The notes under the pieces: generated by a model
Told to the model about the DNA's origin: nothing
What the model saw: only the letters and a program-made list of their open reading frames with translations
Databases searched by the model: none
NCBI RefSeq assembly: GCF_963921235.1
Contig: NC_086109.1
Location: forward strand, 28,088,001 to 28,152,000
DNA from: Mobula hypostoma
Taxonomy: Eukaryota
Reading direction: 5' to 3'
DNA length: 64,000 bases
Shown here: one piece after another, positions 61,786 through 64,000 of the stretch
How the letters are laid out: each line of letters starts with the position of its first letter
Numbering within the stretch: the stretch's first letter is position 1
Program-made: the position numbers and the translations under genes

Positions 61786-64000
61786 AGAACACGTCAGAAC
61801 ATCCTTCATGAGAGTGAACCATCACAAGGCATCAGGCCCCGATTGAGTATCTGCTTGGTCTCTGAAGACCTCTGTCAACCAGCTGGTGGGAATGTTCAAG
61901 GATATCTTCAATCTCCCACTTTCTGCAGTTGGAGGTTCCTACCCGATTCAGATGGTTGACAATCATACCAGTGCCCAAGAAGAGCAGGGTGAGCTGCCCC
62001 AATGGCTATCACCCAGTGGCACTCACATCTACTGTGATGAAGTGATTTGAGAGTTTAATCATGGTTAGAATCATCTCCTGCCTAAGCAAGAGCTGGACCC
62101 TCTGCAATCTGTTGTCATCACAATAGGTCTACAGTGGATGCAGTCTCACTGGCTCTCCACTCAGTGTTGTATCACAAGGACAATAGTAATACTTATTTCA
62201 GGCAGCTGTTTATTGACCACAGCTGAGTGTTCAACATGATCATACTTTTAGTAATCATCAACAAGCTCCAAAACTTAGGCCTCTGCACCTCCCTCTGCAA
62301 ATGGATCCTTGACTTCCTCACTGGGAGACCACAGTCTGTGTGGATTGTAAATCTCCTCCTTGCTGACAATCAACACTGGTGCACCTCAAGGATGTGTGCT
62401 TAGCCCTCTGGCTGACCCTCTTTACATTTATGATTGTAGGCCAGACACAGCTCAAATGCTATCTATTTATTTGCCACCGACACAACTATTGTCAGAATTA
62501 CAGATGGTGAAGAGGAGGCATACAGGAGCGAGATAGGTCAGTTGGTTGCGAGGTGTCACAGGAGCAACCTTGCACTCAACTTCAGTAAAGACCAAGAAAA
62601 CAAAGAGTAGGGATTAATGGGTCCTTTTCAGAATGGCAGGCAGTGACTAGTGGGGTACCGCAAGGCTCGGTGCTGGGACCGCAGCTATTTAAAATATACA
62701 TTAATGATTTAGATGAAGGGATTAAAAGTAACATTAGCAAATTTGCAGATGACACAAAGCTGGGTGGCAGTGTGAAATGTGCGGAGGATGTTATGATAAT
62801 GCAGGATGACTTGGACAGGTTGGGTGAGTGGGCAGATGCATAGCAGATGCAGTTTAATGTGAATAAATGTGAGGTTATCCACCTTGGTGGCAAGAACAGG
62901 AAGGTTGATTACTATCTGAATGGTGTCAAGTTAGGAAAAGGGGAAGCACAATGAGATCTAGGTGTTCTTGTTCATCAGTCACTGAAAGTAAGCATACAGG
63001 TACAGCAGGCAGTGAAGAAAGCTAATGCCATGTTGGCCTTCATAACAAGGGGAGTTGAGTATAGGAGCAAAGGGGTCCTTCTACAGTTGTACAAGGCCCT
63101 GATGAGACCACACCTGGAGTATTGTGTACAGTTTTAGTCTCCAAATTTGAGGAAGGACATTCTTGCTATTGAGTGAGTGCAGTGTAGGTTCACAAGGTTA
63201 ATTCCCAGGATGGCGGGACTGTCATATGTCGAAAGATTAGAACGACTGGTCTTGTATACACTGGAATTTAGAAGGATGAGAGGGGATCTGATTGAAACAT
63301 ATAAGATTATTAAGGGATTGGACATGCTAGAGGCAGGAAACATGTTCCCGATGTTGGGGGAGTCCAGAACCAGAGGCCACAGTTTGAGAATAAGTGGTAG
63401 GCCATTTAGAACGGAGTTGAGGAAAAACTTTTTCACCCAGAGGGTTGTGGATCTGTGGAATGCTCTGCCTCAGAAGGCAGTGGAAGCTAAATCTCTGGAT
63501 GCTTTCAAGAAAGAGTTAGATAGAGCTCTTAATGATAGAGGAGTCAAGGGATATGGGGAGAAGGCAGGAACGGGGTACTGATTGTGGATGATCAGCCATG
63601 ATCAAAGCGAATGGCAGTGCTGGCTTGAAGGGCCAAATGGCCTATACCTGCCCCTATTGTCTAGTGTCTATTGAATTAATTGTGGAGTTCAGGAAGGATA
63701 AGTTGAGGAACACACATCGGTCCGCATCGAGGGGTCAGAAGTGGAAAGGATGAGCAGTTTCAAGTTCCTGGGAGTCAATATCTCTAAGATTCTATCCTGG
63801 TCCCAAAATATTGATGCAATTATAAAGAAGACATGACAGTAGCTATATTTTATTAGATGTTTGAGGAGAATTAGTATGTCACCAAAGACAGTTGCAAATT
63901 TCCACAGATGGAGAGCAACAAGAGCATTTAACTGGTTGCAGCACTGTCTGGTATGGAGGGTCTACTGCACAGGATTGGAAAGTGCAGCAGAAAGTTGTAA
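61786..64000 (+). mobile_element. Rex1/Babar-like LINE RT region, interrupted by CR1 at 62597-63673
   Basis: [25 protein letters not shown]...[39 protein letters not shown], then ELIVEFRK after the CR1. Confidence 0.8.
62597..63673 (+). mobile_element. Young CR1 LINE 3' fragment
   Basis: [23 protein letters not shown]...[11 protein letters not shown] through to the 3' tail. Confidence 0.92.

Overview
Eukaryotic, AT-rich, repeat-dense DNA. The repeat spectrum (CR1, Rex1/Babar, L1, RTE, Penelope-like elements, V-SINE-like and tRNA-derived SINEs) suggests a vertebrate, probably a cartilaginous fish; this is inference. No host protein-coding exon was recognised, so the window is probably intergenic or intronic. 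Main contents: (1) a near-full-length but decayed Gmr1-type Gypsy LTR retrotransposon (9593-15442) with domain order gag(SCAN-like, CCHC)-protease-INTEGRASE-RT-RNaseH, a tRNA-Pro PBS and an ATAG target-site duplication (TSD); (2) a 2.4-kb internally deleted Gypsy element (47609-50054, tRNA-Leu PBS); (3) at least nine Penelope-derived fragments carrying minimal hammerhead-ribozyme motifs, two with intact cores, one of which is a 108-bp TSD-flanked insert; (4) a palindromic TA-flanked IR/DR MITE and a small hAT MITE; (5) a 10-kb nest of LINEs at 54-64 kb; (6) repeat-poor islands and a CTCF-like motif that may be regulatory. Most ORFs in the supplied track are fragments or antisense shadows of these repeats. 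Coordinates of old repeats are approximate, and family assignments come from recognising motifs by eye, not from database searches.
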